Positions 37,027 to 45,064 of a stretch of DNA of 64,000 nt are shown piece after piece; positions within the stretch are counted from its first letter, which is position 1; the number at the start of each line of letters is the position of its first letter. Position numbers and translations under genes: made by a program. This DNA comes from a virus (lineage: Duplodnaviria; Caudoviricetes). The stretch spans positions 1 through 64,000 of IMG/VR virus record IMGVR_UViG_3300048574_000149; one strand, written 5' to 3'. The notes beneath the pieces are model-generated. The model searched no databases. It was not told the DNA's origin and saw only the letters and a program-made list of their open reading frames with translations.

Positions 37027-37040
37027 AGTCAGTAATGACT
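37027..37040. promoter_or_regulatory. AGTCA-N4-TGACT operator (AAA-sigma-dnaE operon)
   Basis: AGTCA GTAA TGACT. Confidence 0.85.
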
Positions 37041-37080
37041 GATCCAATAACGTGCCAAAAAGCTCCCTGCAAGTGAAAAC

Positions 37081-37548
37081 TTACACGTCCAGGAATTGCG
37101 CCAATGCCATACTATGGCTGGTGTCGCTTCGCCCCAGCGCCGCAAGCATTACGCCGATGCCGCCTTCCGACGACCATTCAAGCGGTAAGCGTTGACTGAC
37201 CAATTCATTGATGGAGGCGCCGATGCCGAATTTCAGCGCTCGCTCCAGTTCGATCACGCGCTCTGCGGGATCCACGGTGGGAGCAGGGTCATCGTGCTGC
37301 CCGGTCGCAGCCTCGTATTCAGCCTGGTCGATCTCCTCAGTATCATCCACTTCGACATCGGCGTGATCGAAACCATCCGTGGAATGCTCCGTCATGACGA
37401 TATCGTCGCGCCGGCCCTTCCACGCATCGTATGCCGCAAGGGTTGCTTCCTTGGCGGTTTCGACACCGTGTTGTTTCGACGACAACAGCGCCTCGTGATT
37501 GATATAGGCGTCCTGGCGAACCAGAACGCGAAAGAATTTCTCCGTCAT
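37081..37548 (-). CDS. Hypothetical acidic protein
   Basis: GGAGG RBS; lies between the vWA and AAA genes. Confidence 0.65.
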   Translation of the reverse strand: MTEKFFRVLVRQDAYINHEALLSSKQHGVETAKEATLAAYDAWKGRRDDIVMTEHSTDGFDHADVEVDDTEEIDQAEYEAATGQHDDPAPTVDPAERVIELERALKFGIGASINELVSQRLPLEWSSEGGIGVMLAALGRSDTSHSMALAQFLDV

Positions 37549-37549
37549 G

Positions 37550-39952
37550 TCACCCTCCCGGCTTCAACAGAATGCGCTTCAACTGGCCCATGATCAGACC
37601 GGGCAAGTCCGATACCTTTTCCAGAACCACATATTTTGGATAGAAGGTGCGGACCGCATCGTCCTCGATGCCGATGCCGATAATCTCGACCTTCGCCTTT
37701 TCCGCCTCTTTCACTGCGCGATGCAGATCGGAATAGATTTCCTGCGGATACATGGATGAGCAGGCGGGCTGACCGTCGGACAGGACGATCATCACCTTGC
37801 GTTCTTCGGGGCGCTTCAAAAGCCGGCGCAACCCGACCCGTACACATTCGCCGTCAATGTTGTTCCTCATCCCGACATTGCTGACCGACGACTTTGCAAG
37901 CCGCTGACGAACGACGGTCGTGAACCGCTCGTCAAATTCCTTGTAGATCGGGATATAGAGGTTCTCGACGCGGCTGAAACCGATGCCCAGACGAGCCTGT
38001 TCCGCAACCAGCTCTTTCATCTGACTGGGAGAAGGGTGTGTGGTCGAGAAGCCAAGCACCTCGTTCTTGACGCCGACCTTTTCCAGGGTCTGCGACAGCG
38101 CATAGCCCGCGGCCGAGGCGACGAATACGCAGCTCCCACTCATGGAGCCTGAATTGTCGATCATCAGCGTCACCGCGGTCGACTTGGTGCGGTGGATCTC
38201 CTTGCGACGAAACACCCGATCATCTTCGAGCCGAAGGCGATGCAGGGCGCCGCCATGCAGTCGGCCGGACCGGAAGCCAGGCACATGAATGGCCTGGCTG
38301 CGCGCCGCCATCATGCGCTCGATTTCCTTCTGCATCGGCCCGATCATGTGCCGCGTCTCGTCGTCGAGCTTGGTCACCCAATCGGGATCAACGTCCTTGA
38401 CCGAGGGTGCTTCGATCTTGTCCCATTCGGTTGTGTAGACCCGATAATCCGCGTCCTTTATGTCGCGGCTTGCGTCGTTGGTGATGATCTTGGCGATCGA
38501 GGCTGAAATATCGACGCCGCCGAGGTCGGGATCGGCGCTCAGAAACGGGCTCGATCCAAGTCCACCAGGCTTGCCGGCGCCTGCTTCCTCTAGTTCGTCG
38601 GCGTCATAGTCAACCGATGCGGCTACTTCTTTGGAGCCGCCCGACGAAGCTCCTTCGCCTTCTTCGTCCTCGGCAGATTCGCCGCCAGCGCGTGCGTCGT
38701 CCGCAGAGCCTCCTGCATCGCCAGCGTTATCGGCGTCATTGTCCTCCTCGTCACCGTCGCCATCGGCGTCTGACGAATCGCCGTCAGCGTCGGATTCATC
38801 ATCGCCGTCATCTGCATCGCCAGGTCCAGCAGGAGAATCGGCTTCATCGCCTTCATCGTCTGCGTCCGAATCGTCGTCGCCGTCCCGATCATCGTCAGGA
38901 GTTTCAGCTCCTTCGCCGTCAGCATCGTCATCCTTGCTTTCAGCGTCATCATCGCCGTCAGCGTCTTGATCCTTGTCCTTGTCGCCAGCATCGCCCTTCT
39001 CCTTTTTGTCGGGCTGGGACGCGCCGTCGTCCTTCGACTTGTCCTTTTTCGATTCATCCTTCTTGTTGTCAGACTTTTCACCGCCGGAGCCCTTGTCGTC
39101 GGCATCCTCGGGCTTGTCCTTGTTCGAGCCTTTGCCGTCGTCTTTGTCCTTCGATTTGGACTTCGACTTGGATTCAGCCTCGCTCTCGTCCTTGTCCTCG
39201 CTCTCCGAACTGCACGGCGGGGGCGGCGGAGGAGGCGGAGGAGGCGGAGGAGGGGGCGTCTCCGGATAGATCACGTCGAAGATTTCGCGGGCGACCTTGT
39301 AGGTATCCTGGCTGTTGTTCGCGGTTGCGATCGCGCGCTTGGTCTTGGCGGGAAGGGCGTCGGACAGCGCCTTGATCAGCGGGTGCTTCCAGTAACCCTT
39401 CTGATCCATGAAGTCCTGAAAGACCTTCTGACCGGCCCAGGCGCGCACCGCCGGCACAATCAGAATGTCAAACTCGTCCTTGATGTCGCCCTTGACGGTA
39501 TCGAGCGCAGGCTGTGTCGAGCGATCGAGGAACATCTTGAACAGATTGTCCAAGTTCCAGGCGGAGCCGGTGAAGCGCTTCTGCATGGCGCGCTCGACAT
39601 ACGGATCCTCGACCAGATTGTGCAGATTGTGCAGACGCTCCTGCACTTGCTTCTCGGGCTCGCCGCGCTTCTTGGCGATCGCCGCGGCTTCCTCGTTGAC
39701 CTTCTTGCTGAATTTGAAATCGGTCGCGAGAATGTGCCCGACTTCGTGGTCGATGAAACCCTGAATGGCCCGGATGAACGTGATATCGGCATTCTCGGAG
39801 ATCATCGGGATATTGACCCGAATGGGCTTGCCGGTCGCGTCCGATTGAACGAAGGCGCGGCCGCCAGCTTGCGTCACTTTCACGCCCATCCCTGCAATCA
39901 TCGGAACGAGCTTCGTGACAACCTCACGAAGAATGGCGATATCTCTGTTCAT
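37550..39952 (-). CDS. CobT-like protein: HExxH N-domain, acidic linker, C-terminal vWA domain
   Basis: DHEVGH...N.VED..VE; IDNSGSM MIDAS; LSDGQP. Confidence 0.88.
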   Translation of the reverse strand: MNRDIAILREVVTKLVPMIAGMGVKVTQAGGRAFVQSDATGKPIRVNIPMISENADITFIRAIQGFIDHEVGHILATDFKFSKKVNEEAAAIAKKRGEPEKQVQERLHNLHNLVEDPYVERAMQKRFTGSAWNLDNLFKMFLDRSTQPALDTVKGDIKDEFDILIVPAVRAWAGQKVFQDFMDQKGYWKHPLIKALSDALPAKTKRAIATANNSQDTYKVAREIFDVIYPETPPPPPPPPPPPPPPCSSESEDKDESEAESKSKSKSKDKDDGKGSNKDKPEDADDKGSGGEKSDNKKDESKKDKSKDDGASQPDKKEKGDAGDKDKDQDADGDDDAESKDDDADGEGAETPDDDRDGDDDSDADDEGDEADSPAGPGDADDGDDESDADGDSSDADGDGDEEDNDADNAGDAGGSADDARAGGESAEDEEGEGASSGGSKEVAASVDYDADELEEAGAGKPGGLGSSPFLSADPDLGGVDISASIAKIITNDASRDIKDADYRVYTTEWDKIEAPSVKDVDPDWVTKLDDETRHMIGPMQKEIERMMAARSQAIHVPGFRSGRLHGGALHRLRLEDDRVFRRKEIHRTKSTAVTLMIDNSGSMSGSCVFVASAAGYALSQTLEKVGVKNEVLGFSTTHPSPSQMKELVAEQARLGIGFSRVENLYIPIYKEFDERFTTVVRQRLAKSSVSNVGMRNNIDGECVRVGLRRLLKRPEERKVMIVLSDGQPACSSMYPQEIYSDLHRAVKEAEKAKVEIIGIGIEDDAVRTFYPKYVVLEKVSDLPGLIMGQLKRILLKPGG
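39215..39256 (-). repeat. Poly-proline tract (14 consecutive Pro codons)
   Basis: Counted from the sequence; mixed CCG/CCT/CCC codons. Confidence 0.95.
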
Positions 39953-39967
39953 GCCCCTTGCGCCTCA

Positions 39968-39981
39968 AGTCAGTAGTGACT
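39968..39981. promoter_or_regulatory. AGTCA-N4-TGACT operator (vWA gene)
   Basis: AGTCA GTAG TGACT. Confidence 0.85.
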
Positions 39982-39997
39982 GTTGACTTGAGACGTA

Positions 39998-40237
39998 TCA
40001 ATCGAGCTTGCGGAACGCAACAGGGATCGGGTGGAGATTTGACGGAAGAAGAATGGAATCTCCCAGGGGCGGCACCACGATGTAGACGGGGCCGAGCTCG
40101 GCATCGATGCCGGAGAACACTGTCATATTGTCGGTTTCTTCTTTTTGGCGATCCTGCAATCGCTCGGCCCTATCATAGGCTTGTTCGTGTGTGAGTGACT
40201 GGATTGCGAATTTCCCAACTGCATCTTGCAGGGACAT
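39998..40237 (-). CDS. Hypothetical protein
   Basis: AAGGA RBS; operator upstream at 40264. Confidence 0.6.
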   Translation of the reverse strand: MSLQDAVGKFAIQSLTHEQAYDRAERLQDRQKEETDNMTVFSGIDAELGPVYIVVPPLGDSILLPSNLHPIPVAFRKLD

Positions 40238-40263
40238 CACTAGTTCCTTGGTTACACAGTGAA

Positions 40264-40277
40264 AGTCAGCACTTACT
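40264..40277. promoter_or_regulatory. AGTCA-N4-TGACT operator (1 mismatch)
   Basis: AGTCA GCAC TTACT. Confidence 0.7.
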
Positions 40278-40292
40278 GACGGTTGAAGGCGC

Positions 40293-40328
40293 AAAAATAG
40301 CGGGGTAGCCGTTCGGCAGCCCCGCTAT
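40293..40328 (-). terminator. Intrinsic terminator after the repressor gene
   Basis: ATAGCGGGG...CCCCGCTAT stem followed by TTTTT on the minus strand. Confidence 0.7.
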
Positions 40329-40338
40329 GATATAGCGG

Positions 40339-40746
40339 TTATTTCAACGCGGCGCGGAGCTTGCGCTCCAGGTCCGGCGTAAGTCTCGGATCGGCATTCT
40401 TCGTTACGTCGCGGATCACTTCCAGGATCTTGACTTCGTTCTTGGAGACGATCGTGCCGAACACCTCTGCGATCGCCTTGAGATTGTCGCCCTTCCAGTA
40501 TTGCTGGATGGCGAGACGCATCAGAAAAGCCGGATCGACGTTGAGCGCGCGGGCGAGGGCCGGCACCTTTTCGATCGGGACTTTCGTATCCCCGGTGCGC
40601 ATCATGGAGACCATGTTCGGCCGCTCGTAGCCGATCTCCTCCGAGATATCGCGCTGGGTCTTACCCATTGATCCGGCGATGTCGATTTGCTTGCCGAGAT
40701 ACTCGGCAATCGGTGGAAGTGCGCCTTTGCCCTTGACCGACTTCAT
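40339..40746 (-). CDS. XRE-family HTH protein, candidate master repressor
   Basis: TQRDISEEIGY..PNMVSMMRTG.TKVP...VPALARAL.VDP; divergent from the rep cassette. Confidence 0.8.
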   Translation of the reverse strand: MKSVKGKGALPPIAEYLGKQIDIAGSMGKTQRDISEEIGYERPNMVSMMRTGDTKVPIEKVPALARALNVDPAFLMRLAIQQYWKGDNLKAIAEVFGTIVSKNEVKILEVIRDVTKNADPRLTPDLERKLRAALK

Positions 40747-41069
40747 GGATGAAATGCCCTCCAACTTCACGTTATATCCTTTCCTTAAAATCGCACCGCA
40801 CCGGGTCGTCAAAGACAACTCAGATATAGCGAGCGATTCAAGGGACTTCAGTCAGGATTACATGGAAACAAAAATCAGTTCTGAATGTCGAGAATTCATT
40901 ACGTTCCTAAAGCCTGTCAACCACGGCGTTTGGTTTTCTTCTGAAAAATATTTCGCCCTGCTGAAAAATTGCCGATTTCTTGCATATTTGTCGGTGATCG
41001 GCGATTACAAATTGTAAATCAGGCGTTACAAAATGTTCCATAATCTATGTTCTGCGAATCACCGCAAAA

Positions 41070-41083
41070 AGTCAGGACTGACA
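41070..41083. promoter_or_regulatory. AGTCA-N4-TGACT operator (1 mismatch), repressor/rep intergenic region
   Basis: AGTCA GGAC TGACA. Confidence 0.75.
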
Positions 41084-41211
41084 AAATAAAAAGTAATGGT
41101 TGATCCCAATTTTCGATGGTCCCGCCCCGGCATGATCAGCGATTTTTGAGCCTGTTGGACTTTGGAAACCGACTCAGCCATTACTTGTAGCGTTACGAGT
41201 CGGACACCCAC

Positions 41212-41412
41212 ATGGCAGATCCACTATCTCGCAAGCGGGTCGAGCGGCTGCGCGAATCACGCAAGGCCGCCGGCGAGGTCGAAACGACCGTCTGGATACC
41301 ATCGATCGTAAAAAAGGCGATTGATCAGCATGTTGCGTCAGGTGCGTTCCCATCCCGACGGGCCGCGATAAATCACGCCCTGGAGCGGGTTTTCGTCAAT
41401 GCGGAGAAATAG
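41212..41412 (+). CDS. Small ribbon-helix-helix-like protein upstream of repC
   Basis: TTVWIP...KAIDQHV..GAFPSR..AI..AL RHH pattern. Confidence 0.7.
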   Translation: MADPLSRKRVERLRESRKAAGEVETTVWIPSIVKKAIDQHVASGAFPSRRAAINHALERVFVNAEK

Positions 41413-41429
41413 ATAGAGGCACCCTGACA

Positions 41430-41503
41430 AGCAAAAGGCCCGCGGGCGGCAACCCACAGGCCTTTCGGTGATGATCCCTACCGGGTTCGGCAAGGCGAAT
41501 ACC
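41430..41503 (-). ncRNA. Counter-transcribed antisense RNA (ctRNA) of the repC replicon
   Basis: Minus-strand TTGACA (41534-41539), 18-nt spacer, CATAAG (41510-41515); terminator stem 41433-41465 pairs fully (G-U) only on the minus strand and ends in a U-run; ends approximate. Confidence 0.7.
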
Positions 41504-41588
41504 ACTCCCCTTATGCCACCCCCGGCTATCCGGTGTCAACAGCGCCGATTCGGCGATCGCATCTGCTTGTCCACATTTGGAGAAGGAC

Positions 41589-42788
41589 ATGCGAACGGGC
41601 TCTACGGGAGGCCGGCGGCTGACGCTTGCTGCCTTGGCTTCCACCGAAATACCTCTGCCGAAGCCCTCGGCGGCGATCACGCGAAAGGACATGAGTGCGG
41701 CCGCGCGTGACTGCATGAAGGCGCTCAAGCTGCGCCCTACCCTGCGCCTGGTTCTCGGCGAGCTCACCGGCTGCTGGGGCGAGCAAGAGTTCGACGGGCG
41801 GATCATGGTCTGGCCCTCGAACGAATACCTGATCGCACGCACGGGCCTGTCAGAGCGCGCCGTGCGCTATGGGATCCGGGGCCTCGTGGAGCTGCAACTG
41901 ATCACGCCGAAGGATTCCGCCAACGGCAAGCGCTTCGTTCGTCGCAAGGAGGGCCGCATTATCGATGCCTATGGCTTCGATCTGCGACCGGTTTATGCGC
42001 GTCGAAACGAATGGACGGAAACTCTGGATTCGCAGGAGCGTTTCACTGAAATGCAGCGCGCCTGTTTCGAGGAGATCACCGTCTGTCGCCGAGCGGCCGA
42101 GGAAGCTCTGTCGTCGCTTGCAATCCATTATCCAGGCGCCGATCGCGCCGAGATCGAGCAGATGATCGAGGAAGCTCGAAGCCAGACGCCGCGGCGGTCA
42201 GCCAAGATCCCGCAGGAGGTGCTCGATCACGTCCTGTCGAAGTGGCAACGCACGCGCGAGACCGCGGAGCGAACCTTCTATCAGGCCGGCTTTGGCGGCA
42301 CGAGCTGCCGTCATATAGAGTCAAACCCCAATCCTGCTATTATGATCGATTGCAAAGAAGGCATCCGAAAGGATGCTGAGGTCGGAGAAAGTCCTTCTCT
42401 CGACCCGATAGCACCATCACTGAAATTGATCACTGAGGCCTTGCCGGTCATCAGTCAGTATTATCCAAAGCCGATTCTGAAAGACACCGATGTGATCGCC
42501 GCCGGCGCTTATCTGCGACCCTCGATCGGCGCGTCGCCCGATTCCTGGCACGAGGCGCTCGCCCGACTCGGCCCGCTGCGCGCGGCCATTCTTGTGCTGA
42601 TCACGCTCCAGATCGCCGAAGACGAGGCCCGTCTTGCAGACGAAGGCAAGAAGGCGAAGCTGATTCGTTCGCCCGGCGGCTATTTCCGCACACTGGTGCG
42701 GCTCGCCGCGCAGCCACACCCCAATGGCGGCGGCCGCTTCAACATGGAGATCGAGCTGATGCGGCTCCGAAGGATCCACCTAGAGTAG
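41589..42788 (+). CDS. repC: repABC-family replication initiator RepC
   Basis: GRRLTLA N-terminus, VWPSNE.L, KDSANGKRF.R, AYGFDL.P, IRSPGGY.R.L; GGAGAAGG RBS before ATG 41589. Confidence 0.92.
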   Translation: MRTGSTGGRRLTLAALASTEIPLPKPSAAITRKDMSAAARDCMKALKLRPTLRLVLGELTGCWGEQEFDGRIMVWPSNEYLIARTGLSERAVRYGIRGLVELQLITPKDSANGKRFVRRKEGRIIDAYGFDLRPVYARRNEWTETLDSQERFTEMQRACFEEITVCRRAAEEALSSLAIHYPGADRAEIEQMIEEARSQTPRRSAKIPQEVLDHVLSKWQRTRETAERTFYQAGFGGTSCRHIESNPNPAIMIDCKEGIRKDAEVGESPSLDPIAPSLKLITEALPVISQYYPKPILKDTDVIAAGAYLRPSIGASPDSWHEALARLGPLRAAILVLITLQIAEDEARLADEGKKAKLIRSPGGYFRTLVRLAAQPHPNGGGRFNMEIELMRLRRIHLE

Positions 42789-43133
42789 CTTCGGGAATTC
42801 ATCGGGCCACATGCCGGCTTCTCGCGCTTTCAGACCGACATAGAGAAGCCGGCGCACAGCCTCGTTCCAACTGACGCCGTCTGCGTGCGCTGCCTGCAGA
42901 ACTTGGTCGTGATAGACCGATCGAAGATGCACGCCGCCGCGGCGCACGTCGCTGCGCCAGGCCTTGCCGCCGCCGGCAAGAGACTTGAGCGGCTTCGGTT
43001 CGAAATGGCACCGAGGGCATGCCGGCTCGGTCCATTTCCGGTGACTGGTGCGATATCCGCACGCCTTGCATTCGCGGCGCGCCGGTCGCTTGTATTTGGG
43101 TTTGCCCGGAACGGGCTGCACTCTGATGTTCAT
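42780..43133 (-). CDS. Zinc-ribbon plus RHH-like small protein
   Basis: CKAC...CPRC then VHLRS..HDQV..AA..DGVSWNEAVRRLL; converges on and overlaps the repC end. Confidence 0.55.
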   Translation of the reverse strand: MNIRVQPVPGKPKYKRPARRECKACGYRTSHRKWTEPACPRCHFEPKPLKSLAGGGKAWRSDVRRGGVHLRSVYHDQVLQAAHADGVSWNEAVRRLLYVGLKAREAGMWPDEFPKLL

Positions 43134-43150
43134 GCAGCCCTTATACAGCA

Positions 43151-43226
43151 TGGCTGGGAAGACAGGGCTCGAACCTGTGACCGCTCGATTAACAGCCGAG
43201 AGCTCTACCAACTGAGCTACTTCCCA
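43151..43226 (-). tRNA. tRNA-Asn(GTT)
   Basis: Cloverleaf folded by hand; loop CT GTT AA; encoded CCA. Confidence 0.93.
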
Positions 43227-43230
43227 ATCT

Positions 43231-43307
43231 TGGTCGGGGCGGCAGGATTTGAACCTGCGGCCCTCTGCTCCCAAAGCAGATGCGCTACCGGACTGCGCTA
43301 CACCCCG
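43231..43307 (-). tRNA. tRNA-Pro(TGG)
   Basis: Cloverleaf; loop TT TGG GA; encoded CCA. Confidence 0.95.
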
Positions 43308-43388
43308 TATGTCGGCAGGACGCCTAGTCGCCTTCATCCCGACTAGCTTTTCCGGCGGCCGGCGCCTTGCGACGCGGGCGGTCCCTTC

Positions 43389-43463
43389 TGGTTGAGAGAG
43401 CAGGATTTGAACCTGCGACCTAACGCTTATCAAGCGCGCGCTCTACCGCTGAGCTACCCCTCA
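43389..43463 (-). tRNA. tRNA-Ile(GAT)
   Basis: Cloverleaf; loop TT GAT AA; C27:U43 mismatch; encoded CCA. Confidence 0.88.
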
Positions 43464-43466
43464 ATT

Positions 43467-43543
<77 letters not shown>

Positions 43544-43567
43544 ATTCCTAAACTGTTCTCCTCATGC

Positions 43568-43595
43568 AAAAGGGCGGGCACCAGGCCCGCCCTTT
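43568..43595. terminator. Bidirectional terminator-like hairpin
   Basis: AAAAGGGCGGGC-ACCAG-GCCCGCCCTTT. Confidence 0.7.
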
Positions 43596-43619
43596 CTGAA
43601 CCGACGATGTGTCGATCGA

Positions 43620-44306
43620 TTAGGCGAGCGTGCCGGTATTCACAATCGGCTGCCACGAGGCATTGAGGAACTTCACCTTGAACATCTTGCCCGCGGTATC
43701 GAGCGTGATCTTGGTGCCGCCGACGAACGCGCCATTGACCTGCGCATTCGCACCCGCGCCCTTCGTCTTGAGATAGAAGGTCTGCTCCTGGCCTTCCTCG
43801 CCGGCCGGAAGGTCGAACTCGTTGATGACGTTCAGTGCGCCGACGAGCGTGACGAGCGCCTTGGTCTCCGACTTGTCGAGGCTGACCACGTCAGCATCGA
43901 GGCCGTCAGCCAGCGTCACAGCCGACTTGGTGCCGACCGAACCGCCAAGCGTGAAGGCGTTGCCGGCGGCGCCGTAGGCGTCGTAGGTGACAGTCAGCTT
44001 GGTGGAGCCGCCCTTGGCGTAGGTGGCCTTGGCCACCGCGGCGTCGGCCGATGCGTTCAGTACGGTGACCAGCGCGTCGAGCGAGAGCGTCAGCGTGCCA
44101 GCGATGTTGAACTGGTTGCCCGCGGCACCCGAGCCCTTCGCGGTAAAGGTCACGCCGTTGACGATCACGGTGTCTTCGGGGCTGAAATTGCCCGAATAGG
44201 TGATTTCGCCGTAAGCCTGGCGCTTGCCGAAAAGCGTGGATTTGGACTGGTGCTTGCCGGCTGCCAGATCGGCGACCGCGCGCGGGTGGATGAAATGGTT
44301 GTTCAT
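43620..44306 (-). CDS. Probable virion structural/decoration protein
   Basis: Gly/Ala/Thr-rich beta composition, DTVIVNGVTFTA..FNI motif typical of tail/sheath-type domains. Confidence 0.6.
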   Translation of the reverse strand: MNNHFIHPRAVADLAAGKHQSKSTLFGKRQAYGEITYSGNFSPEDTVIVNGVTFTAKGSGAAGNQFNIAGTLTLSLDALVTVLNASADAAVAKATYAKGGSTKLTVTYDAYGAAGNAFTLGGSVGTKSAVTLADGLDADVVSLDKSETKALVTLVGALNVINEFDLPAGEEGQEQTFYLKTKGAGANAQVNGAFVGGTKITLDTAGKMFKVKFLNASWQPIVNTGTLA

Positions 44307-44355
44307 CGAACAGATCTCCAGAATGAGAACAGCCTTTCGGCCGGGGCAGAAAGTA

Positions 44356-44369
44356 AGTCAGCACTGATT
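44356..44369. promoter_or_regulatory. AGTCA-N4-TGACT operator (1 mismatch)
   Basis: AGTCA GCAC TGATT overlapping GCTATAAT. Confidence 0.75.
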
Positions 44370-44392
44370 ATAGCAATTTCAAGCACGGGAGC

Positions 44393-44426
44393 AAAGAAAA
44401 AAGGCCCGGATCGAAATCCGGGCCTT
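44393..44426 (-). terminator. Intrinsic terminator (UUCG loop)
   Basis: AAGGCCCGGAT-TTCG-ATCCGGGCCTT then a long U-run on the minus strand. Confidence 0.85.
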
Positions 44427-44486
44427 GGCTACACAGAGAGGGCTGCCGTTTTTACCCAAACGGCCAGGGATTCCAAATACTTATAT

Positions 44487-44500
44487 AGTCACTACTGACG
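44487..44500. promoter_or_regulatory. AGTCA-N4-TGACT operator (1 mismatch)
   Basis: AGTCA CTAC TGACG overlapping CTATAT. Confidence 0.7.
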
Positions 44501-45061
44501 GAATTTCGAGCCCGCGAAATGATCGATCGGGAATTTTCCGGTCATCAGATCGCCGAGATTGATGACCTGGACCGAGCCGATCTTGAAGCCATTCGCCTCC
44601 AGGTCGCGAACGATATCCTGCACCTCGGGCGGCATCATCGAGGTGTCGACGCCGGCGTCGGCGGGAGCCGGCGAAGCCATCTTCTCGCTGTAGCCACAAT
44701 CCGCGATCTGCTCCAGGGCCGTGATCCGCGGCAGCAGATTTTCGAGCTCCCGCTCGGCGGTCCGGGCGCGCTCCAGGTATTCGTTGTTGATCTTCACCAG
44801 CTCCTCGTTGTGCTTCTGCAGACGGGAAACCTCGTCCTCCAGGAGCTGGATCGAGCGCGCCTTCGGCTTGCTCAGCTCCTCGGCCAGATCGAACAGCAGA
44901 TTCTGAACCTGGAACGGCGTCTTGCTGGTGATCGTGTTGGCGGTGAACCGCGCCTCATCGGCGAGATTCCGCTTCGCCGGCTCGGCGTTGATACTGAGGT
45001 GCTTGGTGAAAATCCGCTCACCATTCACCGGCATTTCGGCGATTTGATCGTTGTTGCTCAT
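44492..45061 (-). CDS. Coiled-coil hypothetical protein
   Basis: ORF following the ligase. Confidence 0.7.
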   Translation of the reverse strand: MSNNDQIAEMPVNGERIFTKHLSINAEPAKRNLADEARFTANTITSKTPFQVQNLLFDLAEELSKPKARSIQLLEDEVSRLQKHNEELVKINNEYLERARTAERELENLLPRITALEQIADCGYSEKMASPAPADAGVDTSMMPPEVQDIVRDLEANGFKIGSVQVINLGDLMTGKFPIDHFAGSKFRQ

Positions 45062-45064
45062 GGT

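Noticed and set aside
35773-39952. Cobalamin biosynthesis (cobS/cobT) supporting the B12-dependent RNR
   Set aside because: No cobN or other cob genes. Phage MoxR AAA + vWA pairs are commonly given these names without being chelatases.
41212-41412. RHH gene as the antitoxin of a toxin-antitoxin pair
   Set aside because: No toxin ORF follows; the downstream elements are the ctRNA region and repC.
43308-43388. HDV-like (tRNA-associated) or hammerhead ribozyme in the tRNA spacer
   Set aside because: I found no P1 complement to the bases following the CCA, and no CUGANGA/GAAA core on either strand.
43134-43433. 5' extension of track ORF 42780..43433, and ORF 43392..44498
   Set aside because: They run through tRNA genes. 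The credible start of the downstream gene is ATG 43133.
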